Source: Gemmatimonadota bacterium
GTDB lineage: Bacteria > Gemmatimonadota > Gemmatimonadetes > Longimicrobiales > Gaopeijiaceae
Direction: 5' to 3'
Assembly (NCBI GenBank): GCA_039589315.1
Contig: JBDHHQ010000071.1
Location: 1-51,055 of the forward strand
DNA length: 51,055 nt
How positions within the stretch are numbered: position 1 is the first letter of the stretch; every line of letters starts with the position of its first letter. The notes under the pieces were generated by a model that had not been told where the DNA came from, ran no database searches, and worked only from the letters and a program-made list of their open reading frames with translations. The translations under genes and the position numbers were made by a program. Of the stretch, positions 36,609 to 45,458 are shown piece by piece.

Positions 36609-37757
36609 CTAAGGGACCACACCAAAGGCGAACACGGTGCGTGACCGGTATTCGTCACCGGGCCGCAAGATCGTCGACGGAAAGCCAGGCTGGTTGGGGG
36701 AGTCGGGAAAGTGCTGCGTCTCGAGGCAGAAACCCGTGCGGTGCTCGTACAACCGATTCGACTTCCCGGTGATGCTCCCGTCGAGGAAGTTCCCCGAGTA
36801 GAACTGGAGGCCGGGCTCCGTCGTGAATACGTCGAACACCCGACCCGTCCCCGGATGCTCGACGCGGGCCGCATGGAACAGCCCATCCGATTCCCTGTCG
36901 AGAGCGAAGTTGTGATCGTACCCACCGCCAAAGCGCAACTGTGGATCCGGCAGCGAGATCCGTGCGCCGATGGGCGTCGGTGCGCGGAAATCGAACGGCG
37001 TCCCCTCCACCGACGCCAGCACGCCGGTCGGAATCAACGTGGAATCCACCGGCGTGTATCGCGACGCATGAATAGTGAGCAGGTGGTCGAGCACGTCACC
37101 GGCATCTGGCGCGTGCCCCGCGAGGTTGAAGTAGCTGTGCTGTGACAGGTTGACCGGTGTCGCCCTGTCCGTGGTGGCTTCGTAGTCAACGACGAGCTCG
37201 TCCTCCGGCGTGAGCAGGTATCGGACCTGCACGGTGAGGGTACCCGGGTATCCCTCCGTGCCGTCGGGGCTCACGTGCGTCAGCGTCAAGCCTACGCCGC
37301 CGTCGCTCTCGAACGGCTCCGCGCCCCACACGACCTTGTCGAACCCGCGCTCTCCGCCGTGCAGGTGATTGGGGCCGTTATTGCGTGCCAGTGTGTAGGT
37401 CTCCTCGTCCAGCGCAAACCGTCCGCCCGCGATGCGGTTGGCGTATCGGCCGACGATGGCGCCGAAGTAGGGCGAGTCTCGCAGGTAGCCCTCGAGGTCG
37501 GAGTAGCCCAGCACGACATCGTCCCACCGGCCGTCCCGGTCCGGCAGCTTCAAGCTCACGATGATGCCGCCGTACGTGATCGCACCGAGCTCGACCCCAC
37601 CAGGATTCGTCAGGGTGTATCGTTCGACCGCCTCGCCTGTGGGCAGCACGCCGAACATGTCCGCGGAGATGGCGCCGCCGGTGGCCCGAGGAGTGTCGGA
37701 TCCACAGGCGACCAGCCCAGCTGTGGTCACGGTCCAAGCCAGGGCCCTCCCCCTCAC
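36609..37757 (-). CDS. galM: Aldose 1-epimerase (galactose mutarotase), lipoprotein form
   Basis: PYFGAIVGRYANRI, HLHGG, EGYPG, NLSQHSYFNL, GYDHNF, QFYSGNFL, FCLETQHFPDSPN; lipobox LVAC. Confidence 0.96.
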   Translation of the reverse strand: MRGRALAWTVTTAGLVACGSDTPRATGGAISADMFGVLPTGEAVERYTLTNPGGVELGAITYGGIIVSLKLPDRDGRWDDVVLGYSDLEGYLRDSPYFGAIVGRYANRIAGGRFALDEETYTLARNNGPNHLHGGERGFDKVVWGAEPFESDGGVGLTLTHVSPDGTEGYPGTLTVQVRYLLTPEDELVVDYEATTDRATPVNLSQHSYFNLAGHAPDAGDVLDHLLTIHASRYTPVDSTLIPTGVLASVEGTPFDFRAPTPIGARISLPDPQLRFGGGYDHNFALDRESDGLFHAARVEHPGTGRVFDVFTTEPGLQFYSGNFLDGSITGKSNRLYEHRTGFCLETQHFPDSPNQPGFPSTILRPGDEYRSRTVFAFGVVP

Positions 37758-40252
37758 GGCTCGCGTTCCCAGATCATGATCTCGGTGACTCCCGTGAACG
37801 AAGGGAGATCATGGTCGAACAGCAGGCGCACGCGATCCGTTTCCACGGGTTCGAAGACGACCCGGTTCATTGCCCATACGGTCGGCATCTCCGGAAAACG
37901 CGATCGCTCGCCGACAGGCACCCACGCGCTGCCGTCCCAGACCTCCACCGCGTACGAAGCCGGAGCCGCGAGACCGCGGTCTCCGTAGAGGTAGAGATCC
38001 ACGACCCCCACCGTGTGCATCGCGCCGAGCTCGACGGCCACCCAATCCTGCCCATTGGGCGACTCCAGCGCCGACCAACGATTCCGTGAGTAGCGGGTGA
38101 ACCAGATCTGCATGTCCGTGAGTTGCTCCAGGCGATCGCCCGCATAGGTGTAGGACGCCGTTGCACTCGCTCCGAACGCGAGATTGGGACTGGGCATCCG
38201 CGGTTCTTCGAGCGGCAGGGCCCCCTGGCCCCACACCTCCATCTCGGACAGCCCGGTCGCCCGTCCGGCTTGATGCGTGAGGCGGATCCGCAGCCCGGAT
38301 GTCCGGATCGTCCCGAGGCTCACCCGGTTGGCGCGACGTGCCGCCGGCAACGCGGGCGTACGCTCGCCCGTCACCTCGACCCAGCGGTCCCCTTCTCTCA
38401 CGTCGACGGCGTATTCCGCGGGCGGAGTGATGCGGTCGCCCTCTTCGATGAAGTACAGGACGACCGCTTCGACCGGTCGCTCGATGCCGAAGTCGACCGC
38501 GAGCCAGTCCTCGTCGTTGGCTGACCCCACCGTCGTCCATCGGTTCGGTGGCGAAGCGTGGTACCAGACGCTCCCGTCGACCGCGTAGAACGGCGGCGTG
38601 GCCGGTGCGCTGTACGACGCCGTGGCTACCGGGTACTCGCGGCCGTTGTTCACGGCGAAGTTGTGCGGTCTACCGGTGGACGCGGGCACGACCGGCGGAT
38701 CGATCGGGGTCACCAATCGCCCCAGGGTCGGCGCGTTCGCCACCAGGCGCCCATCGACCAACACCGTGAGTCCACGGCCCTTGCCGTATCGCTGTCCGTC
38801 TCGGTCCCACAGGATGGCCACGTCGTACCCGTGGTAGTCCACGCCCTCGAGTGCAGCATAAGGCCAATCGTCCGGGATGAGCGGATTCACCTCCAACGAG
38901 TCGTCGGCCCGAGGCCGCAGCCCCATCAGCCCGGTTATGACGAGATCGACGTAGCCGGAGTGGAAGTAGTGCTCGCTGTGATAGAAGGTGTTGTGCCCCT
39001 CCCACGATCCCGTCACGGGATCCGCCGCCTCGGCGATGTAGGGTCGATCCTCCATCCGCTGGTCGAGGCTGTACGTCTCGAGGAGCGACACGTAGTCCGC
39101 TCTGGTCACATAGGACTGCTCGTAGTTGTTGAGCAGGTTCGCCATCGCCACCAGCGTCTGCGTCGTTGCGTAAGGCCATTCGTTGCCGCTCCAGATGCAG
39201 CAGACGTCCGAGATCAAGAACTGCGGATCGTTGCGCTCGACCGTGGTGGGCCCGAATGGCGCCGCGAAGTACGCCGTGTCCATGAGAAACCGCCACGCCG
39301 CTTCGTGCCCTGGATCCGGAAGATTGAATTGCCACGGCACATACCCCAACAGCTCACGCCCATGTGGGCTACCGGCTTCAGGACCCGTTTCATACGTGAG
39401 GCTCTTGGCGCGGATGCCGTGCGGCTCGTCGTTCGCGAATTGATGGAAGAAGAAGTCCCTCGAGGGATCCCAAAGCTCGTCCTGCACGCGCGCCTTGAGC
39501 TCGGCCGCCCGTTCTTCGTACAGACGGGCCTTGCCCGAGTCTCCAAGCAGTGCAGCTGCCTGCGCGATCGCGCGAGCATCCGCAAAGAGGTAGCTGTTGA
39601 GGGTGGGGCGGTACCCCTCCGCGCCCGCGAACGTATCCGCGGTGAGACGGCTGTTGATGTTGGTCTCCATGCCGTCGTGCATGCCGTCCCACCGGAACAT
39701 GCGATGGTCCGGATCCCAGTGCTCACGGGTCCACCCCCGATACTGTGCCTCCATGTGAGGCAGCACCGTCTCGAGAAAGCGCCTGTCGCCCATTACCAGG
39801 TAGGTGGCCCACATCGCGTCGCCGTACCAGTTGCTGTAGCTCCGCGGTTGGGCGCCCGGGGTCTCGAACCAGTACCGCGCAAAGTCCTCGACGACACGGC
39901 GATCCTTGAGCCACCGTACCTCATAGTGCTGGTGGCCCAACGGGCAACTGATGCCACCGTAGGTCCCCGACCAGAACGGACGGTCGATGAACTCCGTGAA
40001 GGTGTATCCCGTTTCGGGCGAGCCGTAGGTGAGGTGCTTGGTCACCACCTCCCACCGGTAGTAATAGGTCGCGTCGATATCGGGATTGGGCGATTCGAAG
40101 AACGGGATCCTCGCCTCGTACCAGCCGAAGTCCCGGTTATCCCACCAGGTCTGGCGCTCCAGGAGGGCGCGGCGGTCCAGGACGGAGTCGGACGAACAGG
40201 CCGTGGCGACCACGCCGAACGAGACGGTGAGAACGAGCGAACGGATATCCAT
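37754..40252 (-). CDS. Six-hairpin glycosidase (MGH1-like, GH63/GH121-related) with two C-terminal F5/8-type (CBM32-like) domains
   Basis: Lipobox ATAC; IPFFESP..IDATYYYRW, DGME, RPTLNSY, WSGNEWPYATTQ, HYFHSGY.DL.ITGLMGLRP; two ATASY..NRW..DW.AV.(F/L)G modules. Stop overlaps the galM start (GTGA). Confidence 0.85.
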   Translation of the reverse strand: MDIRSLVLTVSFGVVATACSSDSVLDRRALLERQTWWDNRDFGWYEARIPFFESPNPDIDATYYYRWEVVTKHLTYGSPETGYTFTEFIDRPFWSGTYGGISCPLGHQHYEVRWLKDRRVVEDFARYWFETPGAQPRSYSNWYGDAMWATYLVMGDRRFLETVLPHMEAQYRGWTREHWDPDHRMFRWDGMHDGMETNINSRLTADTFAGAEGYRPTLNSYLFADARAIAQAAALLGDSGKARLYEERAAELKARVQDELWDPSRDFFFHQFANDEPHGIRAKSLTYETGPEAGSPHGRELLGYVPWQFNLPDPGHEAAWRFLMDTAYFAAPFGPTTVERNDPQFLISDVCCIWSGNEWPYATTQTLVAMANLLNNYEQSYVTRADYVSLLETYSLDQRMEDRPYIAEAADPVTGSWEGHNTFYHSEHYFHSGYVDLVITGLMGLRPRADDSLEVNPLIPDDWPYAALEGVDYHGYDVAILWDRDGQRYGKGRGLTVLVDGRLVANAPTLGRLVTPIDPPVVPASTGRPHNFAVNNGREYPVATASYSAPATPPFYAVDGSVWYHASPPNRWTTVGSANDEDWLAVDFGIERPVEAVVLYFIEEGDRITPPAEYAVDVREGDRWVEVTGERTPALPAARRANRVSLGTIRTSGLRIRLTHQAGRATGLSEMEVWGQGALPLEEPRMPSPNLAFGASATASYTYAGDRLEQLTDMQIWFTRYSRNRWSALESPNGQDWVAVELGAMHTVGVVDLYLYGDRGLAAPASYAVEVWDGSAWVPVGERSRFPEMPTVWAMNRVVFEPVETDRVRLLFDHDLPSFTGVTEIMIWEREP

Positions 40253-40430
40253 CGTGAGGGAGAATGTGCGTGTCGGGCAGCCAAGTCTCCAGAGGAGCAG
40301 GCTCGAGTATCTGCACGGAAGAAGGCTCCAGGGTCCCCAGGGCGAGAGGCCCGAGCGGGGCGCCCCGCTGTGCCCAGTCGGCGCCGTGCTGGTATAGTGC
40401 ATGCCCGATTCTCGATGGGAGCGGACTGAC

Positions 40431-41624
40431 ATGGCGTTCGGCATCAGGAAGGAACGGGGTCCCGAAGGTCCGACGCGAGAGACCCGGCTCGTCCCGGCCG
40501 TCACGGTCGAGACGGTAATCGCCCTGGGTGTGCTCTCGGCACTGTTCGGCGCCCTCATCTGGACGATGGGCCTGGCCAACACGTTCAAGACGATGATGGC
40601 GACGGCTCACGACCTGATCCTGAACACCGTGCTCTTTCTCATGGCGGTGATGATCCTGGCCGGGGCGTTCACGTCGCTCGTCTCGGAGTTCGGCATCGCC
40701 AGCATCGCCAACCGGCTGCTTTCGCCCCTGATGAAGCCGCTCTTCGGGCTACCGGGCGTGGCGTCGGTGGGCGTCGTCGCGACCTATCTGTCGGACAATC
40801 CGGCCATCATGCCGCTCGCGTTGGACAAGGGGTTCGTGAAGTACTTCCGGAAATGGCAGGTCACGACCCTGGTCAACCTGGGCACGGTGTTCGGTATGGG
40901 GCTCATCGTTACGACCTTCATGCTCGCCCAATCCTCTGCGAGCCAGTCACTCGCCCGGGCCGTGCTGCTCGGCAACGTCGGCGCGATTCTGGGCGGGATC
41001 GTCAGCGTCCGCCTGATGAGTCACTTCGGCAGGCGGAAGTACGGCGCCGAAGCCTGGGCCGTCTCGGACGAGGTGGAGGGGTACGACCTGCTGAAGTTCC
41101 GCGAGGTACGCGCCGGCAATCGACCGCAGCGGGTTCTGCAGTCGATGTTGGACGGCGGGACCAACGGCGTCCAGATGGGCCTCGACATCATGCCCGGCGT
41201 CATCATCATCGCCACCCTGGTCATGATGCTGGCGTACGGGCCGAGTGACGCCGGCTACACGGGTGCTGCCTACGAGGGGATCGCCCTGTTCCCGTGGATC
41301 GGCGCGAAGCTCTCGTTCATCATCGAGCCCCTCTTCGGCATCTCGAATCCAGAGGCCATCGCCTTTCCGGTGACTTCGTGGGGTTCGGTCGGCGCCGCCA
41401 TCGCGGTGATCCCGCAGTTTCTCGAGACCGGGCTGATCGGCGCCCGCGAGGTCTGTGTCTTCACGGGCATCGGCATCTGCAACGCCGGCTTCCTGAGCAC
41501 TCATGTGGGCATGATGGACGGCATTCGGGAAAGGGATCTGACCAACCTGGCGATCGGCACGCACTTCATTGGTGGCCTCTGCGCAGGAGTCTCCGCCCAC
41601 GTCCTGTTCTTGTTGCTGGGATAG
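40431..41624 (+). CDS. CD0519/CD1768-like multi-pass membrane protein (putative transporter)
   Basis: TMMATAHDLILNTV, PLMKPLFGLPG, YLSDNPAI, NLGTVFGMGLIV, YTGAAYEG, LSTHVGMMD. Family call is from memory of these motifs. Confidence 0.8.
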   Translation: MAFGIRKERGPEGPTRETRLVPAVTVETVIALGVLSALFGALIWTMGLANTFKTMMATAHDLILNTVLFLMAVMILAGAFTSLVSEFGIASIANRLLSPLMKPLFGLPGVASVGVVATYLSDNPAIMPLALDKGFVKYFRKWQVTTLVNLGTVFGMGLIVTTFMLAQSSASQSLARAVLLGNVGAILGGIVSVRLMSHFGRRKYGAEAWAVSDEVEGYDLLKFREVRAGNRPQRVLQSMLDGGTNGVQMGLDIMPGVIIIATLVMMLAYGPSDAGYTGAAYEGIALFPWIGAKLSFIIEPLFGISNPEAIAFPVTSWGSVGAAIAVIPQFLETGLIGAREVCVFTGIGICNAGFLSTHVGMMDGIRERDLTNLAIGTHFIGGLCAGVSAHVLFLLLG

Positions 41625-41657
41625 CGGTCGGCTGAGCGACGGATCGACCTTGGGCTG

Positions 41658-41763
41658 CTCGCCGGCGCGTCGCTGCGGCGCACGCGGAGGTTGGTCGCGG
41701 TCGACACGGCGACAGAACGACCCCGGACCCCTCGCCCGCGCGTCGTTGCGGCGCACGCGGTGG
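41658..41763. repeat. Two imperfect 33-bp direct repeats, 40 bp apart (REP-like)
   Basis: CTCGCC[G/C]GCGCGTCG[C/T]TGCGGCGCACGCGG[A/T]GG at 41658-41690 and 41731-41763. Confidence 0.7.
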
Positions 41764-41880
41764 CCGAGGTAATCTCTGCGGAGTGAAGCGTGCCGGCAGC
41801 CGTCGGCACCCAAACCGGCCCGCGGCCTCCCAAGGTCCCGCCCTCGTCGCGGCTCAGTGGACTCGACACTGGGAGTGAAG

Positions 41881-42384
41881 ATGACCTTCTTCGGAATCCT
41901 GCTGATCCTCCTCGGGTTGGTCTCCATCGCGGCCCCTCTCGTGACGGGCATCTCGTTGACGCTGATGTTGGGCCTCGTCCTGTTGGCAGCCGGGATCACT
42001 CAGGTTGTCTGGGGCTTCAAGACCAAGTCGTTCAAGAGCGCGATCACACCCCTGCTCTGGGGCGCGCTCACTCTTCTGGCAGGCCTGTACACGCTGGCCC
42101 GCCCCGATGTGGCCCTGGCCGGCCTCACGCTCTTTCTCGCCGGCTACTTTTTCGTCTCGGGCCTCTACGAGGTGTGGCTCGCGCTCAGGCTCAGACCCCG
42201 GAAGGGCTGGGGATCGACCCTGTTCGCGGGGATTGTCACGCTGATTCTGGGCGTGATGATCTGGCGCCGGTTCCCCACGTCGGCAGGCTGGCTCGTGGGC
42301 ACCTTGGTGGGGATCAAGCTGATCTTCGCAGGCTGGGCGATGCTGTCGATCCGTGCGGTAGCCGAAGCGGTCGATCGCCTCTGA
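41881..42384 (+). CDS. HdeD/DUF308 family membrane protein
   Basis: GILLILLGLVSIAAP..LG..LL.AGI.Q, GWG..LFAGIVTLILG.MIW..FP.SA.W.VG.LVGIKLIF.G. Start could instead be GTG 41857. Confidence 0.9.
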   Translation: MTFFGILLILLGLVSIAAPLVTGISLTLMLGLVLLAAGITQVVWGFKTKSFKSAITPLLWGALTLLAGLYTLARPDVALAGLTLFLAGYFFVSGLYEVWLALRLRPRKGWGSTLFAGIVTLILGVMIWRRFPTSAGWLVGTLVGIKLIFAGWAMLSIRAVAEAVDRL

Positions 42385-42399
42385 GCGTCGGGCCCTCGG

Positions 42400-43239
42400 C
42401 TACGACCCGTCCAGCAGCTCCCCCACGTGGTCGCTCCGAGCGATCCCGAGCCCCAACGCCTTCAAGCCCGCGGCGTCGGCGGGCGCGTCCGCGAGTCCAC
42501 CGCCGTCCTGGCCCGGCAGGGGCACGCCCACGCGCATGGTGGCCAGGTCGTAGACGCCAAAGACCACTTCGTTGCCGTCCCCGAGCTCCTGGCGGAGCGT
42601 GGCAGACGTCATGGCCGCGTTCAGGGCGACCGCCGTCTCGATGAGTGCGCTCCGGTATCCCGACCTACCGACGACCTTTCCGCCCCAGACCGTCTCCAGA
42701 TTCATGGCCGCCCCCCGTACGGCGAGGAATAGCCGGTCCAGGACGGCCCGGAGCCCCGGGGTCGCAGCCACGTAGGGATAGGAGCCGGGCTCGAGGAAGG
42801 CGTCGACGGTGGCCGTTACCGCGCCGCAGCCGGTGTGCCCAAGCACGACCAACAGCCGAACGGAGTCAGTGAGGTGCGCTGCGGCGTACTCGATGCTGCC
42901 CATGCACGCGTCGCCGAGCACGTTCCCGGCGACGCGAACCACGAACAGGTCGTTGGCGGCCCGCTGGAACAAGAGCTCCACGGGTACGCGCGCGTCGGCG
43001 CAACCCAGCACGACGGCGAACGGCGACTGGGTGGGCGGGCGTCCCTCGCTGTCCGGGATCCCCAGCGCCGATCGACCGATCGCGATCACCTGCCGGAGGT
43101 CGTCCGAGTGCTCGGTGCGAAAGAGATCCGCGAACTGGCGGTTGCCGTCAACGAGCGCCTGCCGGGCCGCGACCGCATCACCGGGTCGGTGGGTAGGGGC
43201 TTGTGCTTCGGGATCGTAGCGGTATACGACCTCGATCAT
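42400..43239 (-). CDS. Beta-class carbonic anhydrase
   Basis: LVDGNRQF, QSPFAVVLGCADARVP, LFVVRVAGN, GSIEYA, VLGHTGCGAV (Zn ligands C/H/C). Confidence 0.94.
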   Translation of the reverse strand: MIEVVYRYDPEAQAPTHRPGDAVAARQALVDGNRQFADLFRTEHSDDLRQVIAIGRSALGIPDSEGRPPTQSPFAVVLGCADARVPVELLFQRAANDLFVVRVAGNVLGDACMGSIEYAAAHLTDSVRLLVVLGHTGCGAVTATVDAFLEPGSYPYVAATPGLRAVLDRLFLAVRGAAMNLETVWGGKVVGRSGYRSALIETAVALNAAMTSATLRQELGDGNEVVFGVYDLATMRVGVPLPGQDGGGLADAPADAAGLKALGLGIARSDHVGELLDGS

Positions 43240-43665
43240 GGGTCTGCCTCTCGGATTCGATGGGTCTATGTGCCGTGCGCCCATTATCGGGTTCTCCGGT
43301 CCAGGAGGCCACGGGTACGGTCTCTAGCCAAGCGGAGGCGAGGACATCAACATCCCGTTTGCCCACATGCGCCGCGCCCCGTAGATTTGGTGATCCACCC
43401 GCCAGACCCGTGACCGGCATGACCAAGGAGCCAGAGATGCTCAGGGTAGTCGCCGCGATCGAGGTCGTCTTGGATCAGCAGTTCACGCCCTGAGCCAACG
43501 AAGATCCCGACTGCGCATCTCCTCTACGGCGCGCCCTCCTGGGCGCGTGCACGATGTCGTCGATCCTCGTGAAAGTGCGTTACGTGGTCGATAAATGAGG
43601 GACATCTGGATGTACGGGTGGCTTGCCTCTCGGAGCGCCACCGCGCAGGCGAAGGGAGTCTTCTG

Positions 43666-44283
43666 GTGAGTGAATTCGTCGACCACTACGAAGTCTTGCA
43701 GCTCAGCCAGAGTGCTGACTTCGAGACGATCGAACGTGTCTACCGCCTCCTGGCCAAACGTTTCCACCCGGACAATCAGGCGTCTGGGGACGAGGAGAGA
43801 TTCCGGGCGGTGCGAACGGCCTACGAGGTCCTGGTAGATCCGGAGCGGCGCGCCGAGTACGACGTCAGGTTCGACCAGAACACCAACCTGCATTGGCAGA
43901 TCTTCGAGCAGGATACCGCCCTTGGTAACCGTGATGACGATCAACGCATCTTCAGCGGCGTCCTCTCGTTGCTGTATGCCGCGCGGCGGCAAGACCCGGA
44001 ACTGGGTGGGCTCGGGTCGCTTCACCTGGAGCGGATGCTCGGCGTCCCCCGCGAACACCTCGAATTCCCGCTCTGGTATCTGAAGAAGAAGGGCCTGATC
44101 GAGATCCTACACAACGGTCAACTCGCCATCACGATCGATGGGATCGACCAATTGACCGCCAAAGGCATGCCCCTTCCCGACGACCGCCTGCTGTCGAGGA
44201 TCCCCTCCGAGGACGGAGATGGCGCTTCGGCGAACGGGGAAGCACCCGAGCCGGCGCCTTTCGAAAAGGCGGCGGTGGGCTGA
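43666..44283 (+). CDS. DnaJ-domain protein with a C-terminal winged-helix-like region
   Basis: DHYEVLQL..YRLLAKRFHPDN..AYEVL.DPERRAEYD, then LERMLGVPREHLEFPLWYLKKKGLIE..ITIDGID. GGGAG SD before GTG 43666. Confidence 0.9.
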   Translation: MSEFVDHYEVLQLSQSADFETIERVYRLLAKRFHPDNQASGDEERFRAVRTAYEVLVDPERRAEYDVRFDQNTNLHWQIFEQDTALGNRDDDQRIFSGVLSLLYAARRQDPELGGLGSLHLERMLGVPREHLEFPLWYLKKKGLIEILHNGQLAITIDGIDQLTAKGMPLPDDRLLSRIPSEDGDGASANGEAPEPAPFEKAAVG

Positions 44284-44368
44284 TTCCGCGACCCTTGCGA
44301 TTCCGGAGCGGCACCGCAACCCTCCCAAGCCAGGATCAGGGGTCGCAACCGCGCGAGAAGGAGTCTCG

Positions 44369-44893
44369 ATGCTCGCCAGCCTTCGCACGGCAGCCGCTGT
44401 GCTGTCCGCCGTTCTGCTCGTCGCCTGCTCGGGCGCGGGCACGAGGAGTCCAGACTCCGTACCGGCTCTTGGGTTCCTATACATCGCGTTCGAGAACGGC
44501 ACCGCAGAGACGGCGACGGTCTTCCTGGAGTCCTTCCCCACCGAGAGCGTGGCCTTGGGGACCGATGCTGGACCGCGCCGTTTGGGTCGGGTCCGCCCGT
44601 CCGCCATCCAGACCTTCCGGGTGCAGGCTCCGCCCACGGAATTCGCTGTGACCGCGTCCTTCGAGGCCTTGGGAGATGCCGAAACAGATCGAATGCGCGC
44701 CCAGGCCGGGGACACCGTCATGGTCGCCACCCAGGAGGGCGGGTCGCTCACCGCTCGGGTCAGACCGCACGCCTCGTCGAGCAGCCGATCGACCGGGGCC
44801 GACATCGGTACGGGATTGGTCCCGCAGGGTTTGGCGCGGAGCAGAAGTCGTAACTCGACGGATGGTCGAGATACCACGGAGACTGTCGGATGA
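44369..44893 (+). CDS. Hypothetical lipoprotein
   Basis: AAGGAG SD; MLASLRTAAAVLSAVLLVAC lipobox; beta-rich domain; low-complexity tail overlapping the next start codon. Confidence 0.7.
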   Translation: MLASLRTAAAVLSAVLLVACSGAGTRSPDSVPALGFLYIAFENGTAETATVFLESFPTESVALGTDAGPRRLGRVRPSAIQTFRVQAPPTEFAVTASFEALGDAETDRMRAQAGDTVMVATQEGGSLTARVRPHASSSSRSTGADIGTGLVPQGLARSRSRNSTDGRDTTETVG

Positions 44894-45447
44894 AGACTCA
44901 CGTCCCTCGCCTCTTCGGCGCGCTGACGGTCGCTGCCCTGGCCCTGGGATGTGCCAGCTCCGGCGATCAGCCTGCTGAGCTTTCCGTGAGCCACGACCCC
45001 GATGCGGACTTCTCCTCCTACCGAACCTACGACTTCACCGGAGGGGGCAACGTCGCGGGGCTCGAAAGCGAGCATCTGGATCAGATGGCGGCCGCAGTGG
45101 AGGTGGTGCTCGCCGAGAAGGGCTTCCAGCGCTCCGAGTCGAACCCGGACTTCCTCGTCCAAGCCGTCGGCGCCTTCGAAGGAAGGGTGGAGCAGGAGGA
45201 GCTGAAGGAGAGGTATCCCTCCTATTTCCAGCGGGAGAAGGAGCACACGTTCACGAGGATCGACACCATTGTCACCCACTGGGAGGAAGGGACCCTGGCG
45301 CTCCAGGTGCTGGATGGGCAGTCCAAGGACCTCGTGTGGTCCGTGACGGCTGAAGGCGCGATCCAGATGAGCGTGAATCCCGACGTCATGCGGGAGCGCT
45401 TCGAGGCCGGGGCAGCGAGGTTACTGGCAGACTTCCCGCCGCGGTGA
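44890..45447 (+). CDS. DUF4136 family lipoprotein
   Basis: Lipobox ALGC; HDPDADFSSYRTYDF, LAEKGF..NPDFLV, EEGTLALQVLD..LVW, LADFPP. Confidence 0.9.
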   Translation: MKTHVPRLFGALTVAALALGCASSGDQPAELSVSHDPDADFSSYRTYDFTGGGNVAGLESEHLDQMAAAVEVVLAEKGFQRSESNPDFLVQAVGAFEGRVEQEELKERYPSYFQREKEHTFTRIDTIVTHWEEGTLALQVLDGQSKDLVWSVTAEGAIQMSVNPDVMRERFEAGAARLLADFPPR

Positions 45448-45458
45448 TCCGACGAAGC

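Noticed and set aside
41658..41763. CRISPR array
   Set aside because: Only two imperfect repeats, with no leader or cas genes; kept as a generic repeat.
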